Shown here: positions 26,222-36,900 of the stretch, piece after piece
Position numbering within the stretch: the stretch's first letter is position 1
How the letters are laid out: each line of letters opens with the position of its first letter
Source of the DNA: Gloeobacterales cyanobacterium
GTDB lineage: Bacteria > Cyanobacteriota > Cyanobacteriia > Gloeobacterales > PMM-0068
Assembly: GCA_038245785.1 (NCBI GenBank)
Contig: JBBRSB010000001.1
Location: 160,001 to 224,000 of the forward strand
Reading direction: 5' to 3'
Length of the DNA: 64,000 nt
The notes under the pieces: model-generated
Told to the model about the DNA's origin: nothing
Seen by the model: only the letters and a program-made list of their open reading frames with translations
Databases searched by the model: none
Program-made: the position numbers and the translations under genes

Positions 26222-27128
26222 ATATTTTTGCATCACTGACTGTTTGGTACATGGAACGCAGCCTGTTTAAAGTAGGTAAGGTCAGAGTTTGTTTAAATCT
26301 TTGAATAGCTGGATACATGAGGTCTTGCCGATCTAGGCTATGGTCCAAAAGGCCCAGAGCATGGCCAAGTTCATGGGCCATGATGAAAGTGTGGGTTCTT
26401 GCGGGGTAGAGATTGTACTCGCTATCCACAAGATCTATATCAATAGATGCTTGGTCGATCCTTTGCCAGATTTGGCCGTTCGGGAGCTTAACCTCTGTCC
26501 TTTCTGGAAGGGTGCTTCCTGCCACAGCGCCATTTAGTTCTTTCCATTGAACGGTGATATCGGCCTCTGTTGGACTGGCTGTTTCTTGAAAGGCAACGTA
26601 TTTCCCCATAACTGGACCCATGTTTACAGCCCAGAGTCCATTCCATACATTCAGAGCTTCACGGATAGCAGGGCCATAGGTGGCAGGACTGTCAGCAGGG
26701 GGAGTTTCAATCCAAACTTTTAGGGGAAAACGATGGGGGTCCCAGGCAACAGGTCCTTTTCCTGGGGGATTATTATCCGCGCGGTTTAACGCTACATCTC
26801 CTGTAGAGGTGGGAGGCGTAAAGTTGTGCTGTTGAATGATCGCCTCTTTAATTTTACTCTTGGGGCTACTTTCCTGAAAGGGAATGACTACGGTGATTTC
26901 ATCGCCCCTCTTTTGCAGCAGGGTGTTCAGATTGATGCTCTTCAGATCAGCACTGGCAGCCAGTCCCCCAGCCTGTCGTATTAGTTCTCCCAGCGTGGTT
27001 TGGTCTTTGAGAATATAAGGCCCTGGAGATTTCACTGCCCCACGAATAGTAACCAAAAGGTCCGCCTGGGCACTTCCTCCAGACAGAATAAGCAAAGCCA
27101 GAGGCAACACCCACCAACGATGATTCAT
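26220..27128 (-). CDS. Secreted SLBB-domain + matrixin (M10-like) zinc metalloprotease
   Basis: Signal peptide, SLBB motif GAVKSPG.Y...AGGL...ADL..INL, HELGHALGLLDH and Met-turn DLMYP. Confidence 0.8.
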   Translation of the reverse strand: MNHRWWVLPLALLILSGGSAQADLLVTIRGAVKSPGPYILKDQTTLGELIRQAGGLAASADLKSINLNTLLQKRGDEITVVIPFQESSPKSKIKEAIIQQHNFTPPTSTGDVALNRADNNPPGKGPVAWDPHRFPLKVWIETPPADSPATYGPAIREALNVWNGLWAVNMGPVMGKYVAFQETASPTEADITVQWKELNGAVAGSTLPERTEVKLPNGQIWQRIDQASIDIDLVDSEYNLYPARTHTFIMAHELGHALGLLDHSLDRQDLMYPAIQRFKQTLTLPTLNRLRSMYQTVSDAKI

Positions 27129-27255
27129 AGGCCCAAATTTCGCTTTCTGTATCCTAGAAACTTTGCGTACAGAGTATTTAAGGGCTTGATGAAGCTTTGA
27201 CGCTTAGTTTGGATACAGGCTTGGGTACTCTATGGTGTAAATAAGCTTTGCTGTC

Positions 27256-27726
27256 ATGATTAAAACGCTCTTTCAATCTCTGCCTATTCAAGCCTGGAGC
27301 TCCCTCGAACAGCGTTCCTACGGCCCAGGAGATGTGATTTGTCACGAGGGAGACTTGGGCAATGAGATGTTCATCATCCACTCTGGAAAAGTTCTAGTCT
27401 GCAAAGCGGTAGAGTCTCAAATTGAAACGGTATTGGCTCGTTTTGGCCCAGGCGAGTGCTTCGGAGAATTTTCACTTTTTGACAACGCTCCCCGTTCGGC
27501 TACGGTTCAAGCAGAGGAAGCCACTGAACTACTGGTGTTCACACGCTCAAATTTAGAAACTTTGATTGAAAAAGATCCGACCTTGGCGGCTAACTTTCTG
27601 CTCGTGATCTTGGATGAGATAGCCCATCGCGTCCGCTCTACCAATGAGCAATTGAATGAAGCTATCCGCTGGGGTTTGCAAGCACGGGGCTATGATTCAG
27701 AAGAGCAGGAATCTAGCTGTAACTAA
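27256..27726 (+). CDS. Stand-alone cyclic nucleotide-binding domain protein
   Basis: EGDLG..MFII.SG and FGEFSLFD..PRSATV phosphate-binding cassette; no HTH. Confidence 0.88.
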   Translation: MIKTLFQSLPIQAWSSLEQRSYGPGDVICHEGDLGNEMFIIHSGKVLVCKAVESQIETVLARFGPGECFGEFSLFDNAPRSATVQAEEATELLVFTRSNLETLIEKDPTLAANFLLVILDEIAHRVRSTNEQLNEAIRWGLQARGYDSEEQESSCN

Positions 27727-27739
27727 GGGACGTCTCTCA

Positions 27740-27774
27740 TCTAACCCACCTAATGGAGGGTTAGACGCTTTTTT
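27740..27774 (+). terminator. Probable intrinsic terminator
   Basis: TCTAACCC...GGGTTAGA stem followed by CGC and T6. Confidence 0.6.
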
Positions 27775-27980
27775 AGCAGTAATCATCGCCGAGTTTCCTT
27801 TGAGAACTGCTACATTTAGGCTGCAATTTTTAGCAGAATAAGTATTTTTACTTGCATAGACTAGGTGAATAGAGAATAGAATGCATGTGACTATGTTGCA
27901 TCTTTTATAGGGCGAGAATATACTTCTGTGCCCTGTGATACAACTTTTTAGACAAGTCTAATATTCCCCATTTCGACTCT

Positions 27981-29606
27981 ATGTCAAATACAAAACTTGG
28001 AAAAATTACAGGCTTATCAACTAGCTGGTTCTATGTTTTTCTGACTGTCGTTATTATCTTTGGGAGCGTACTGAGATGCATTAATATTGACAGCCGCGTA
28101 TACTGGTACGACGAAATTTTCACTTCGTTTCGTATTGCAGGATATCGTCTAGCAGAAGTTAAACAGGAGCTTATAAATAAATCGACAGCAACCCCTTCAG
28201 ATCTGATGGTATACCAACGTCCTAGTTCTGAAAGGAGCTTAGCTGCAACAGTGCAAGGGTTGATAGCTGAAGAGCCACAGCATACTCCTATCTATTTTGT
28301 GCTAGCACGTCTTTGGACAGAGCAGTTTAAGGACTTTGGAAGTACAGTGCTAGTACTACGAAGTTTTTCAGTCTTTGTAAGTCTGCTATCTTTCCTCTGC
28401 CTATATTGGCTATGTCTTGAGTTGTTTGACTCTCCTTATGTAGGGCTTATAGCCGTAGCGATGATGGCAGTTTCTCCCTTTCACTTCGTTTATGCCCAAG
28501 AAGCTCGCCCTCCTGTCCTATGGATTTTTGCCATTATGTTATCGAGTGCTTCTTTACTAAGAGCACTACGCCTGAACACGAAGCTTAGTTGGATTGCCTA
28601 TGCACTCTCTGTAGTTCTCAATCTTTATACCTTTTTGTTTTCAGTGTTTGTCCTGGCTAGCCATGGAATTTACGTTGTTCTGATGCAAGGGGGTCGCCTG
28701 ACAAAGACCACCATTGCTTATTTGATTGCAACGATTGTAGGTCTATTAGCTTTTCTACCTTGGCTCTTAGTAATCGCCTCTAACCTAAGGGTGGTGAACA
28801 ATGCAACAGGATGGTCATCAGTAAAGATTGGCTCTCTAAATTTACTCAAAATGACACTGAATAATCTTAGAGATGTATTTTTTTCTTTCGGCCAGGGGTA
28901 TGGCTATTTAACTTTTCTCTTGCTAACTCTCATAGCATTTTCCCTTTATTTTTTGTGGCGTAAAGCCCCTAAGTCGGTTTGGATATTTGTGTTTAGTCTT
29001 ATTGGCGTTACTGTTATCGCTTTGCTTGTCCCTGACCTCATCCGTGGTGGGGAAAGTCGCTCTACAGCTTCTCGATATTTTATTGCTCCCTACCTGGGTG
29101 TACATCTATCTCTTGCCTATCTGTTCTGTATGCAGGGAAGTGCTGCTGTCAGATGGTCCAGAAACTTTTGGCAAGCGATTACTGCTTTCTTGCTGGCTCT
29201 TGGTACAGCATCTTGTATTGCCATCTCCCAATCTGAGTTTTCCTTTAATACAACTATCTATCGCCATACCATAACGCTAGCCAGAACGATAAACAAATAT
29301 GAACATCCTCTCATTGTCATGAGTACTAAGTACCCCAATAATATCATTGCAGCAATTTGTCTTAGTTACTGGCTGAAGTCTGATACCCAATTCCGATTTG
29401 TTACTGATACCTATCAAAACCAGTTTTCTGAACGCACAAAGGCTGTTTTTGTATATGGCGGTGATTCTAATCTTTTAATAAGTTCTAATCATCCAAAATA
29501 TCAGCCCAAACTAATTTTTGATGATCTCAAGAATCAATACAGTACCTCTGAAAATCTTTGGTACCTGGAGGAGAGACAAGGGAAACAGGAAGCTGGAGCA
29601 CGTTAA
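27981..29606 (+). CDS. Glycosyltransferase family 39 (GT-C, PMT-like) membrane protein
   Basis: YWYDE, PQH.PIYF.LAR.W and SPFH.VYAQEAR; many TM helices. Confidence 0.85.
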   Translation: MSNTKLGKITGLSTSWFYVFLTVVIIFGSVLRCINIDSRVYWYDEIFTSFRIAGYRLAEVKQELINKSTATPSDLMVYQRPSSERSLAATVQGLIAEEPQHTPIYFVLARLWTEQFKDFGSTVLVLRSFSVFVSLLSFLCLYWLCLELFDSPYVGLIAVAMMAVSPFHFVYAQEARPPVLWIFAIMLSSASLLRALRLNTKLSWIAYALSVVLNLYTFLFSVFVLASHGIYVVLMQGGRLTKTTIAYLIATIVGLLAFLPWLLVIASNLRVVNNATGWSSVKIGSLNLLKMTLNNLRDVFFSFGQGYGYLTFLLLTLIAFSLYFLWRKAPKSVWIFVFSLIGVTVIALLVPDLIRGGESRSTASRYFIAPYLGVHLSLAYLFCMQGSAAVRWSRNFWQAITAFLLALGTASCIAISQSEFSFNTTIYRHTITLARTINKYEHPLIVMSTKYPNNIIAAICLSYWLKSDTQFRFVTDTYQNQFSERTKAVFVYGGDSNLLISSNHPKYQPKLIFDDLKNQYSTSENLWYLEERQGKQEAGAR

Positions 29607-29710
29607 GCTTGACATCCATCAGGCGTTGGTTTTGGTCGCTCGATGTTTCTGAATTTTGTTTAGACGAAAACATACCTTTAACCATGGGGGAAATATGGTG
29701 AAGCCGTCAC

Positions 29711-30073
29711 CTAATTGGCCCACGCCATATCCAAAAGGTGACCTAGCCGCTGGACGCTCATCCAATCTAGACCCCGCAATGTAGCGAGGGTCTGCTTAGG
29801 GTCGGCGGTTTTGATGAATTGCTGGCAGAACTGCTCCCAACCAAAAAGTTGAATCATTAGAGCGCACTGGCTTGGGCCTAATGCCGTTTCAGGATCCAGC
29901 CATTCTTCCAATTCAGCAGCCGTACCCCGATCGACAGTGTAGGGGTCAAAATTCTGGTAAATCCGGGCTAAGTCTGGCCATAGGTCAATTAGTCTACTTT
30001 CTCCCAGCGCACGGCTATAGACGGTCCAGCAATAAGCTTCATAGAATCTTTGAGGAGTCAGGGAGGAAGACAT
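29711..30073 (-). CDS. Hypothetical protein, possibly with a Tag/HhH DNA-glycosylase-like fold
   Basis: FYEAYCWTVYS...WPDL..IYQNFDP loosely resembles Tag-like glycosylases; start uncertain (30073 or 30160). Confidence 0.45.
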   Translation of the reverse strand: MSSSLTPQRFYEAYCWTVYSRALGESRLIDLWPDLARIYQNFDPYTVDRGTAAELEEWLDPETALGPSQCALMIQLFGWEQFCQQFIKTADPKQTLATLRGLDWMSVQRLGHLLDMAWAN

Positions 30074-30727
30074 GGCGGGGGAAAGATTTGTGGAGGAAGA
30101 CGTTTGGACAAACATGGTGGACCTCGGGGGACAGGCGGTAGCAGTGATTAGTTCATTCAAGCTTTGAGAACATTATGGAGGAAATATTAAGGCCCTTTTT
30201 GAAGGGTGGCTAAAGACTACTTAAGTGCTGAGTCAAGAGTGTTTGACGCATGTTTGTACTTGAGGTGTTTTTGTCTATATTTTGCTGTGATATCCCATGC
30301 CAGCAAGACTTTAGAAGATTTTTTCATTACGTTTAAATATCAATTTGGCAATTATTTGCAAGTGATAAAGAGGATTTGTAGCAAATGTGTACTTGAGTTT
30401 TCTTTGTTTTTAATAAATTAGTACTACTAAAATCAGTCCTAGGGAGAACATTTAAAATGGCCAGTCCGTGTCAAGCCTAACAATAGAAGATCATTCAGCA
30501 AATTCACGATAAAGTTCCCCGATTGGGTATTCATCTATTGCTTTTTCCCTCCTAAATATCTCTATTTGGAGACAGTATACAGATTTTGTAAAAGCATCTT
30601 AACTATACACTTTCTTTAAAAACCTCTAAGCCTCGCTGGGTAATATAGCACTAGGTAACTAACTATTAAGTGCATAAATTTGCCTAAGTTCGTTCTGTGT
30701 ACTAACTGAGTATGAGTCTCCTTAGCT

Positions 30728-31345
30728 ATGAACAAGTCCTCTATGCAAGTTACATCGATTGAAAAAGAAGGCCAAGACATGAAGAAATCCCAAGACCAAT
30801 TGCCAACTTTTGAAGATGCTGTTGGCACGCTTAATTTTATGGGGATTTCAATTAAGCGGTTAGTGAAAGTTCAGTCCAAGGTAGACCGTCAGATCATCAT
30901 GTTTCAAGTTCATTTGCAAAATTTTGCATTTCTGGCTGAGATTGTGCAGGAAATAGTTCCGATGAGTAGTGTTTATGAAGACCAGCTATTTGCCAATATG
31001 GAAGCCACGACGTACAAAGGGCAAGAACTCACCTTGATTGATACACGGCATCACATTTTCCGAGAAGAAGCCAGTCAAGTTATACCTGTTCATGGTCACT
31101 ATCTAATTATCCTGAGGAATTCTCTAGGAGGCTTTTGGGGAGTTCTACTCGATTCTCCCTACACCTTCCAATGGGTCAATGAGTCTGCCTTTGCTCCCGT
31201 GACGCTGACGCATCCTTCTTTGAAATATATACACCGTGTCAGTTGGTTCTCTATCCGAACCGAGGAGAAGACGAACCTCTTTCTATTAGATGAGGACAAA
31301 ATGACTCAGGCCTTTGCTGGGCAAACTCAAGAGTTGGCTGGATAA
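30728..31345 (+). CDS. CheW-like domain protein
   Basis: FAFLAE.VQEIVP, YKGQELTLID.R..IF and YLIILRNS.G...GVLLD.P resemble cyanobacterial CheW-like proteins. Confidence 0.6.
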   Translation: MNKSSMQVTSIEKEGQDMKKSQDQLPTFEDAVGTLNFMGISIKRLVKVQSKVDRQIIMFQVHLQNFAFLAEIVQEIVPMSSVYEDQLFANMEATTYKGQELTLIDTRHHIFREEASQVIPVHGHYLIILRNSLGGFWGVLLDSPYTFQWVNESAFAPVTLTHPSLKYIHRVSWFSIRTEEKTNLFLLDEDKMTQAFAGQTQELAG

Positions 31346-34248
31346 CGTTCCAACGTCTGTCGCAGGAAATATCCCGTATGAGATTCAGGATGGGCAGCCA
31401 CTTGTTCCGGAGTACCTGTGGCAATAATCTGTCCTCCTCGGCGGCCACCCTCTGGTCCCAGGTCAACAATCCAGTCTGATGTACGGATAATATCCAAATT
31501 GTGCTCAATCACCACAATCGAATTACCTGCATCTACGAGTTGGTGAAGTACGTTCAATAGCTTATGAACATCATAGAAAGAAAGTCCCGTGGAGGGTTCA
31601 TCTAAAAGATAGAGCGTTTTTCCTGTAGACCGACGAGATAATTCAGTCGCTAATTTCACTCTTTGCGCCTCTCCTCCAGACAGCGTAGGAGCAGGTTGCC
31701 CAACCCGTATATAGTCCAAACCGACATCATGGAGCGTTTTCAATTTTGTCGCTACTTTTGGAATACTTTCGAAGAAATCCAAAGCTTCTTCTACGGTCAT
31801 TTCCAAGACATCGGCAATCGATTTGCCTTTAAATTTAATCTGTAGCGTTTCCCGGTTGTAGCGTTTGCCTTTACAGACTTCGCAGGGAACATAGACATCC
31901 GGCAGGAAATTCATCTCAATGACATTCACTCCTTCCCCCCGACAAGATTCACAGCGTCCACCTTTGACATTGAATGAAAATCGACCTTTCTGATAGCCTC
32001 TTGCCTTTGCTTCTACAGTTAAGGCATAGATATCCCGAATCCCATCAAAAAAGCCTGTATAGGTAGCGGGATTAGAACGAGGAGTGCGGCCAATGGGAGA
32101 TTGGTCAATGACAATTACTTTGTCGAGATGACGGGTGCCTTTGACGCTCTCAATCCCATGTGGCTTAGGAACGTTTGCTTTGCTGACCGTATGTTGGAGA
32201 TAGGGATAAAGCAGTTCGTTAATGAGCGTAGACTTACCAGAGCCAGAGACTCCGGTGATGCAGACCAAACTGCCGAGGGGAATGGCTACATCTACATGCT
32301 GTAAATTGTTGAGATGGGCATCTTTGATTTCCAGCTTCAGTCCACTACCAGGGCGACGCTTGACTGGAGTTTCAATCTTTTTGCGACCGGACAGATATTC
32401 TCCCGTAATAGAATTCTTACACTCAATAATGTCCGTTAATTTCCCTTTTGCAACAATCTCACCGCCATGCACGCCCGCGCCAGGACCGATATCGACAATG
32501 AAATCGGCAGCACGCATCGTCTCCTCATCATGCTCTACTACGATCAAGGTATTGTCCAAATCACGGAGCTTGAATAGGGTTTTCAAGAGCCGTTCATTAT
32601 CTCTTTGATGGAGACCAATACTCGGTTCATCGAGCACATAGAGTACGCCTGTCAAGCCTGAGCCAATTTGGGTTGCCAAACGGATGCGCTGTGCTTCTCC
32701 TCCAGATAAAGTCATCGCCGGACGGTCCAGGCTTAAATAATCGAGTCCGACATCGAGTAAGAACTGTAGTCGGGCACCAATCTCTTTTAGGACTTGCTCT
32801 GCAATTTTCGCTTGCCGGGGTGATAGGTTGACATTGCGCACATGCTCCAGGCACTGGTCAATCGAGACATTAGTAAAATCCAGAATATTATGTTGCCCCA
32901 GCTTTACGGAAAGAACCTCTGGTTTTAGTCTGGTTCCCTTACAGGTTTGACAGGGCTGGCTAATAATATATTGTTCTAGTTTTTGTTTGAATTGCTCTGA
33001 ATTGGATTCATGGTAACGTCGCTTGAGATTGGGAATAACGCCTTCAAAGCGTGTGGTATAGCCTCGTTTATTCTCATACCAGGATTCTGCATCGACATAA
33101 ATTTCGGCAGCATCCCCATGCAGAATAGAGTGCTTTTGGCTATCCGTCAGTTTGTCCCAGGGCGTATTGATATTAAAACCAGCCTGTTTACCAAGGCTGA
33201 CGAGAAGGTCTACGTAATAGGCATTTCCTGTTTCGGCCCAGGGAGCAATCGCTGCATAAACCGGGAGCGTCGGGTTCGGAATAATCAGATGGGGCGAGAA
33301 TTCTTGTTCGGTGCCCAGACCATGGCACGCAGGACAGGCACCATAGGGAGAATTGAAAGAAAACAAGCGGGGCGAAAGTTCATCCATGACGGAACCGTGG
33401 ACCGCGCAGGCATAGTTGGCAGAGAAAAGCAATTCTGGCGCTTTTACAGGGGCTTCTTCAGTTCCATATTGCCCTGACTGTTCGGCCACCTTGCGCAGGA
33501 CTTCTCCTTCTTCTTCGCTGCGGGGCATCAATTCTAAGAGGACCGTACCTTCCCCTCGCTGCAAGGCCGTTCCTAGGGAATCAGCTAATCGCTCTTCGAT
33601 GCCTTCTTTGCGCACCAAACGGTCAATCACGATTTCGATACTGTGACTCTGGGTTTTGTTGAGCTTAATTTCCTCACTGCTGAGGTCTTTCACTTCTCCG
33701 TCCACACGCACCCGCACAAAACCTTCTGCGCTCAAACCAGAAAGAAGCTTGGCATGGGTCCCTTTTTTACCCCGAACGACGGGGGCTAAAAGTTGAAACC
33801 GAGTCCCCTCCGGTAGCGCCATGGTTTGGTCTACGATTTGCTCGACGGTCTGAGGCTCAATCGGACGACCGCAGTGAGGGCAGTAGGGCTTGCCAGCACG
33901 TCCAAACAGTAAGCGCAGGTAGTCATAGATCTCGGTGACGGTACCGACGGTAGAACGAGGATTATGAGAGGTGGATTTTTGGTCGATGGAAATAGCGGGA
34001 CTGAGGCCATCAATATGGTCCACGTCCGGTTTGTCTAGCTGGCCGAGGAATTGGCGAGCATAGGCAGATAGGGATTCTACATAGCGCCGCTGTCCCTCTG
34101 CAAAAATCGTATCGAAGGCAAGAGAAGACTTGCCCGACCCAGAAACTCCGGTGAAGACCACCAGTTGGTTGCGGGGGATTTCCAGGGAAATATTCTTGAG
34201 GTTGTGCTGCCGCGCACCCTGGACGTAGATCGTATCCCGCTCTGCCAT
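31327..34248 (-). CDS. uvrA: Excinuclease ABC subunit A
   Basis: Two ABC ATPase domains ([22 protein letters not shown]) with Zn fingers. Confidence 0.99.
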   Translation of the reverse strand: MAERDTIYVQGARQHNLKNISLEIPRNQLVVFTGVSGSGKSSLAFDTIFAEGQRRYVESLSAYARQFLGQLDKPDVDHIDGLSPAISIDQKSTSHNPRSTVGTVTEIYDYLRLLFGRAGKPYCPHCGRPIEPQTVEQIVDQTMALPEGTRFQLLAPVVRGKKGTHAKLLSGLSAEGFVRVRVDGEVKDLSSEEIKLNKTQSHSIEIVIDRLVRKEGIEERLADSLGTALQRGEGTVLLELMPRSEEEGEVLRKVAEQSGQYGTEEAPVKAPELLFSANYACAVHGSVMDELSPRLFSFNSPYGACPACHGLGTEQEFSPHLIIPNPTLPVYAAIAPWAETGNAYYVDLLVSLGKQAGFNINTPWDKLTDSQKHSILHGDAAEIYVDAESWYENKRGYTTRFEGVIPNLKRRYHESNSEQFKQKLEQYIISQPCQTCKGTRLKPEVLSVKLGQHNILDFTNVSIDQCLEHVRNVNLSPRQAKIAEQVLKEIGARLQFLLDVGLDYLSLDRPAMTLSGGEAQRIRLATQIGSGLTGVLYVLDEPSIGLHQRDNERLLKTLFKLRDLDNTLIVVEHDEETMRAADFIVDIGPGAGVHGGEIVAKGKLTDIIECKNSITGEYLSGRKKIETPVKRRPGSGLKLEIKDAHLNNLQHVDVAIPLGSLVCITGVSGSGKSTLINELLYPYLQHTVSKANVPKPHGIESVKGTRHLDKVIVIDQSPIGRTPRSNPATYTGFFDGIRDIYALTVEAKARGYQKGRFSFNVKGGRCESCRGEGVNVIEMNFLPDVYVPCEVCKGKRYNRETLQIKFKGKSIADVLEMTVEEALDFFESIPKVATKLKTLHDVGLDYIRVGQPAPTLSGGEAQRVKLATELSRRSTGKTLYLLDEPSTGLSFYDVHKLLNVLHQLVDAGNSIVVIEHNLDIIRTSDWIVDLGPEGGRRGGQIIATGTPEQVAAHPESHTGYFLRQTLERYPANS

Positions 34249-34367
34249 CAGTTTTTCTCTAGGTAATCCTCTATCTTAAATTAAGAAATGTGTAGTGGAA
34301 CGTCAGCCCTTTTCTTGCTTTCTGTAAGAGTGGAGTATGCTGACTTCGCCTGTGATCCTATTTTAAA

Positions 34368-35447
34368 ATGTCAAATCCTAATGAGCCCATGGCTGATATT
34401 GATGCTGATGCCCTGTTACAGACGCTCCGACGGAAAGAAGGAACTTGGGTAGAGTGGGGTGCTGCCTGTGAACAACTGCTAAAAGCAGGCAAGAGCGCAC
34501 AGGTTATTTTTGAAGCGACGGGCTTTGAACCAATCTTACAAAATCAAATTGTGGTTGGGGCTCAAGTCTATGCCACTTTGGTGCAAAAGGGAGCTTCTGC
34601 CAGCACGATTGAGCACTTTCGGGATAGAGGCAGCGACATTCTCTATGAACTGCGCGTTCTGGGTCAAGAAGAGCGGGTCAGTGCCAGTGAATTGGTCCAC
34701 GCTAAGAAATTAGATATTGTCAGCGTCCGGGAACTCGTTAAAGCCGTCAAAGACTTTTCTCGTCTAGGCGTCGTTCCTGAAGGCTTCTCTACCCATCCGG
34801 GCGATATAGTAGCCTATCAATCGTGGAAATCAGCCCGTCAAGAGAAAAAGCTGGAAGACCGTGCTCGCCATATTGCCCGTGGCTTGGCCTATTTCCATAG
34901 CGATTCGGCCCGTCAGAAGTTAGAAGAACTGCTCACTGATTTCTCCGTGGTCAAGGTTCGCAAAGCGCCTCGCTTACCGATCTACCGCCTGGATTCCGAA
35001 GAAGAGCTGCCTTGTCTATTGCCTGTAATTGGTGAGTATCCAGTGACGAAAGCTGCTCTAAGAGCCGCGCCCGTGGTGGTGGAAGAAGGTCCTTTCAAAA
35101 TAATTACCGCCAAGACGCTCCTATCTTGGGTAGCGATACCCGGCTGGCAAGTAGTCCGCCTTTCTGATGATCCAGTGGCGATTGTGGCGACTACAGCTGT
35201 CTTTCCTGAAGATGCTCCTGGTGCAACCCCTGGCCCTGTGGAACCTATCTTGCTGGTAGTTGACCGTGCCCAACGGGAATGGGATGCGGACAGCTATTTC
35301 TTGGTAGAGCAAGACGGTCAAACCCAGTTGCAATGGTTAGAAGAAGATTCCAAGGCGGAACTCCTAGGGCGTTTAGTCCTGATTCTGCGTCCCAAGCGTT
35401 TCTTCGATGAAGCAGCTTCTAGAGACCTGTGGCAAATTGACGAGTGA
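34368..35447 (+). CDS. raf1: RuBisCO accumulation factor 1
   Basis: LRRKEGTWVEWG, IFEATGFEP..QNQIVVGAQVY, GSDILYELR, PGWQV and LRPK....WQIDE. Confidence 0.93.
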   Translation: MSNPNEPMADIDADALLQTLRRKEGTWVEWGAACEQLLKAGKSAQVIFEATGFEPILQNQIVVGAQVYATLVQKGASASTIEHFRDRGSDILYELRVLGQEERVSASELVHAKKLDIVSVRELVKAVKDFSRLGVVPEGFSTHPGDIVAYQSWKSARQEKKLEDRARHIARGLAYFHSDSARQKLEELLTDFSVVKVRKAPRLPIYRLDSEEELPCLLPVIGEYPVTKAALRAAPVVVEEGPFKIITAKTLLSWVAIPGWQVVRLSDDPVAIVATTAVFPEDAPGATPGPVEPILLVVDRAQREWDADSYFLVEQDGQTQLQWLEEDSKAELLGRLVLILRPKRFFDEAASRDLWQIDE

Positions 35448-35523
35448 TCCCCCCTAGCGAAAAAGCAACTTTGAGCTGTCAGCAGCGTTGCCCTCCTAGA
35501 TAAGGGTGGAGCGGGGGGATCTC
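35445..35523. repeat. Dispersed palindromic repeat family B, copy 1, with an internal insertion
   Basis: GATCCCCCC...GGGGGGATC outer stem; 3' 16-mer GGAGCGGGGGGATCTC identical to 45591-45606. Confidence 0.65.
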
Positions 35524-35544
35524 TGGTTCAAGTGACGGTTGAAT

Positions 35545-35940
35545 TCAGGGAATGAATAGGCGACCCACTCCCATGCACTTTTCGATATCCAGCAAAATCT
35601 CAAGAATACGGTCAACACAACGAGTTCGATAGGCCCGATCTGTTAGCAATCGATCAGCATCTCCAATCGTAATTACGGGAAGTGACTCTAGTGTATTTTC
35701 CTCGCGAAGGACTTGCTCTAGTGAATTCTGGCCCTTCATACTTCGATTAGCAGTGAGCAAAATCATCTGATTGGTCTGCGCAATCCGCCAAACGATTCGG
35801 TCGTTACTGTCAATCGACAGATTCATCTCCTTGAAGGTAACAAAGCGAATTGGCAGTAGCTCTAACCAACCCTGACTCGCCATATTGCCCAATAAAATCT
35901 CTGCATGTCCTGCCAGATTGTGATCAACAAGGAAAATCAT
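35545..35940 (-). CDS. DUF5615-like PIN putative toxin
   Basis: FLVDHNL.G, D..VWR.AQ..QMILLTANR and G.GRLFIP. Confidence 0.8.
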   Translation of the reverse strand: MIFLVDHNLAGHAEILLGNMASQGWLELLPIRFVTFKEMNLSIDSNDRIVWRIAQTNQMILLTANRSMKGQNSLEQVLREENTLESLPVITIGDADRLLTDRAYRTRCVDRILEILLDIEKCMGVGRLFIP

Positions 35941-36311
35941 GCTTCTAGTTCATGTCTAGCTTTCTGCTCTTGAAGTTTTGCCCAGAGAGCCTCTCGACCT
36001 GGCTTGGGTGGCATCGCTTCAACATGGGCAAAATGCTCACGATTACGTTCTTCCCAGTACTGCCGATTTTCCTGAGCCTGCTTTAGAACAACTTGATACT
36101 CTGCTTCAACTTCAGCGCGATTTGCTTCAATGTAGGACAAGGCTGCATTCATTTGATCGTCTGTAAGGTCAAAGAGAGAGCGAATAAACTTCGAGGGGTA
36201 CTGAGCCGTCACATAGTCCATCACGTCGTAGAGAGTGATTCGTGTGCCTGAAATTGTTAGCCCACGCTCTGTACGGATAATCGTTGGTTTTTGGTTAGAC
36301 ATTGAAGTCAT
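35937..36311 (-). CDS. DUF433 putative antitoxin
   Basis: RTERGLTISGTRITLYDVMDY and AALSYIE; 4-nt overlap with the PIN gene. Confidence 0.85.
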   Translation of the reverse strand: MTSMSNQKPTIIRTERGLTISGTRITLYDVMDYVTAQYPSKFIRSLFDLTDDQMNAALSYIEANRAEVEAEYQVVLKQAQENRQYWEERNREHFAHVEAMPPKPGREALWAKLQEQKARHELEA

Positions 36312-36634
36312 ACCTAGTGGCCTCTGAAGCCTTCAATGGTTTTCCTTTATCGTATCTCACTCTCACTATTCTGCTGCTTTTCAAGGTGAAGCTTAAAAAG
36401 CTCTAAGTTATCTCAGATTGGGATCTGAGAACAACTAGCTTTAAACAAAAATGCTATAAATATAGTCATACAAAATTGGAAGTGATCGAAAAACATGACA
36501 GTTCTTGTTAGTGCTTTTATTGCTGCTGCAATTGATGAACCTGCCTACCAAGAATTCATCAAATTCTGAGTTTGTGAATCTGGCCGAGAAATTTAAAGGC
36601 ATTGACCTTTAACTAAATTAATTGTGGAGTGAAA

Positions 36635-36790
36635 ATGCAGGGCGAGTGGATCAGAAAACCGAAAAGCGAAGTTTCAGTTGTCTTTGTGCATGGGATTCGG
36701 TCAAGTGGAAAAGACTGCTGGCAGCATGAAAACGGTAGTTATTGGCCTGAGTTGCTGAAAAGTGAGGCGGAACTCGATTCGCTCAGTTAA
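36635..36790 (+). pseudogene. Truncated alpha/beta-hydrolase (PGAP1/SERAC1-like) N-terminus
   Basis: GGAG RBS; MQGEWIRKPKSEVSVVFVHGIRSSGKDCWQHENGSYWPELL...*; stops before the nucleophile GxSxG. Confidence 0.6.
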
Positions 36791-36900
36791 ACTTCAGCTC
36801 TGTCCTTAGATTAATCACAGGCAAGCGAGGGAAGTCTAACCAAATGGACTGGAGGAAAAATGTTACTAAACAGCTGCTTATTTTCGTTGGTTTGCTGATA

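Noticed and set aside
27739..27766. ATCTAAC...GTTAGAC as an attC site
   Set aside because: Only 14 nt separate the core motifs, far too short for attC; position and T-run fit a terminator.
30206..30421. 71-aa ORF in the AT-rich intergenic region
   Set aside because: No RBS or recognisable motif; the composition is what AT-rich non-coding DNA gives by chance.
31663..34013. Antisense and nested ORFs within uvrA (likewise within hsdR, icd, ispG and the hybrid kinase)
   Set aside because: These are shadow ORFs of well-supported genes with no independent motifs.
34249..34367. LexA box upstream of uvrA
   Set aside because: No convincing match to the cyanobacterial RGTAC-N3-DGTWC motif.
36495..36569. 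Short ORF MTVLVSAFIAAAIDEPAYQEFIKF
   Set aside because: Possibly another gene remnant, but too short to assign.
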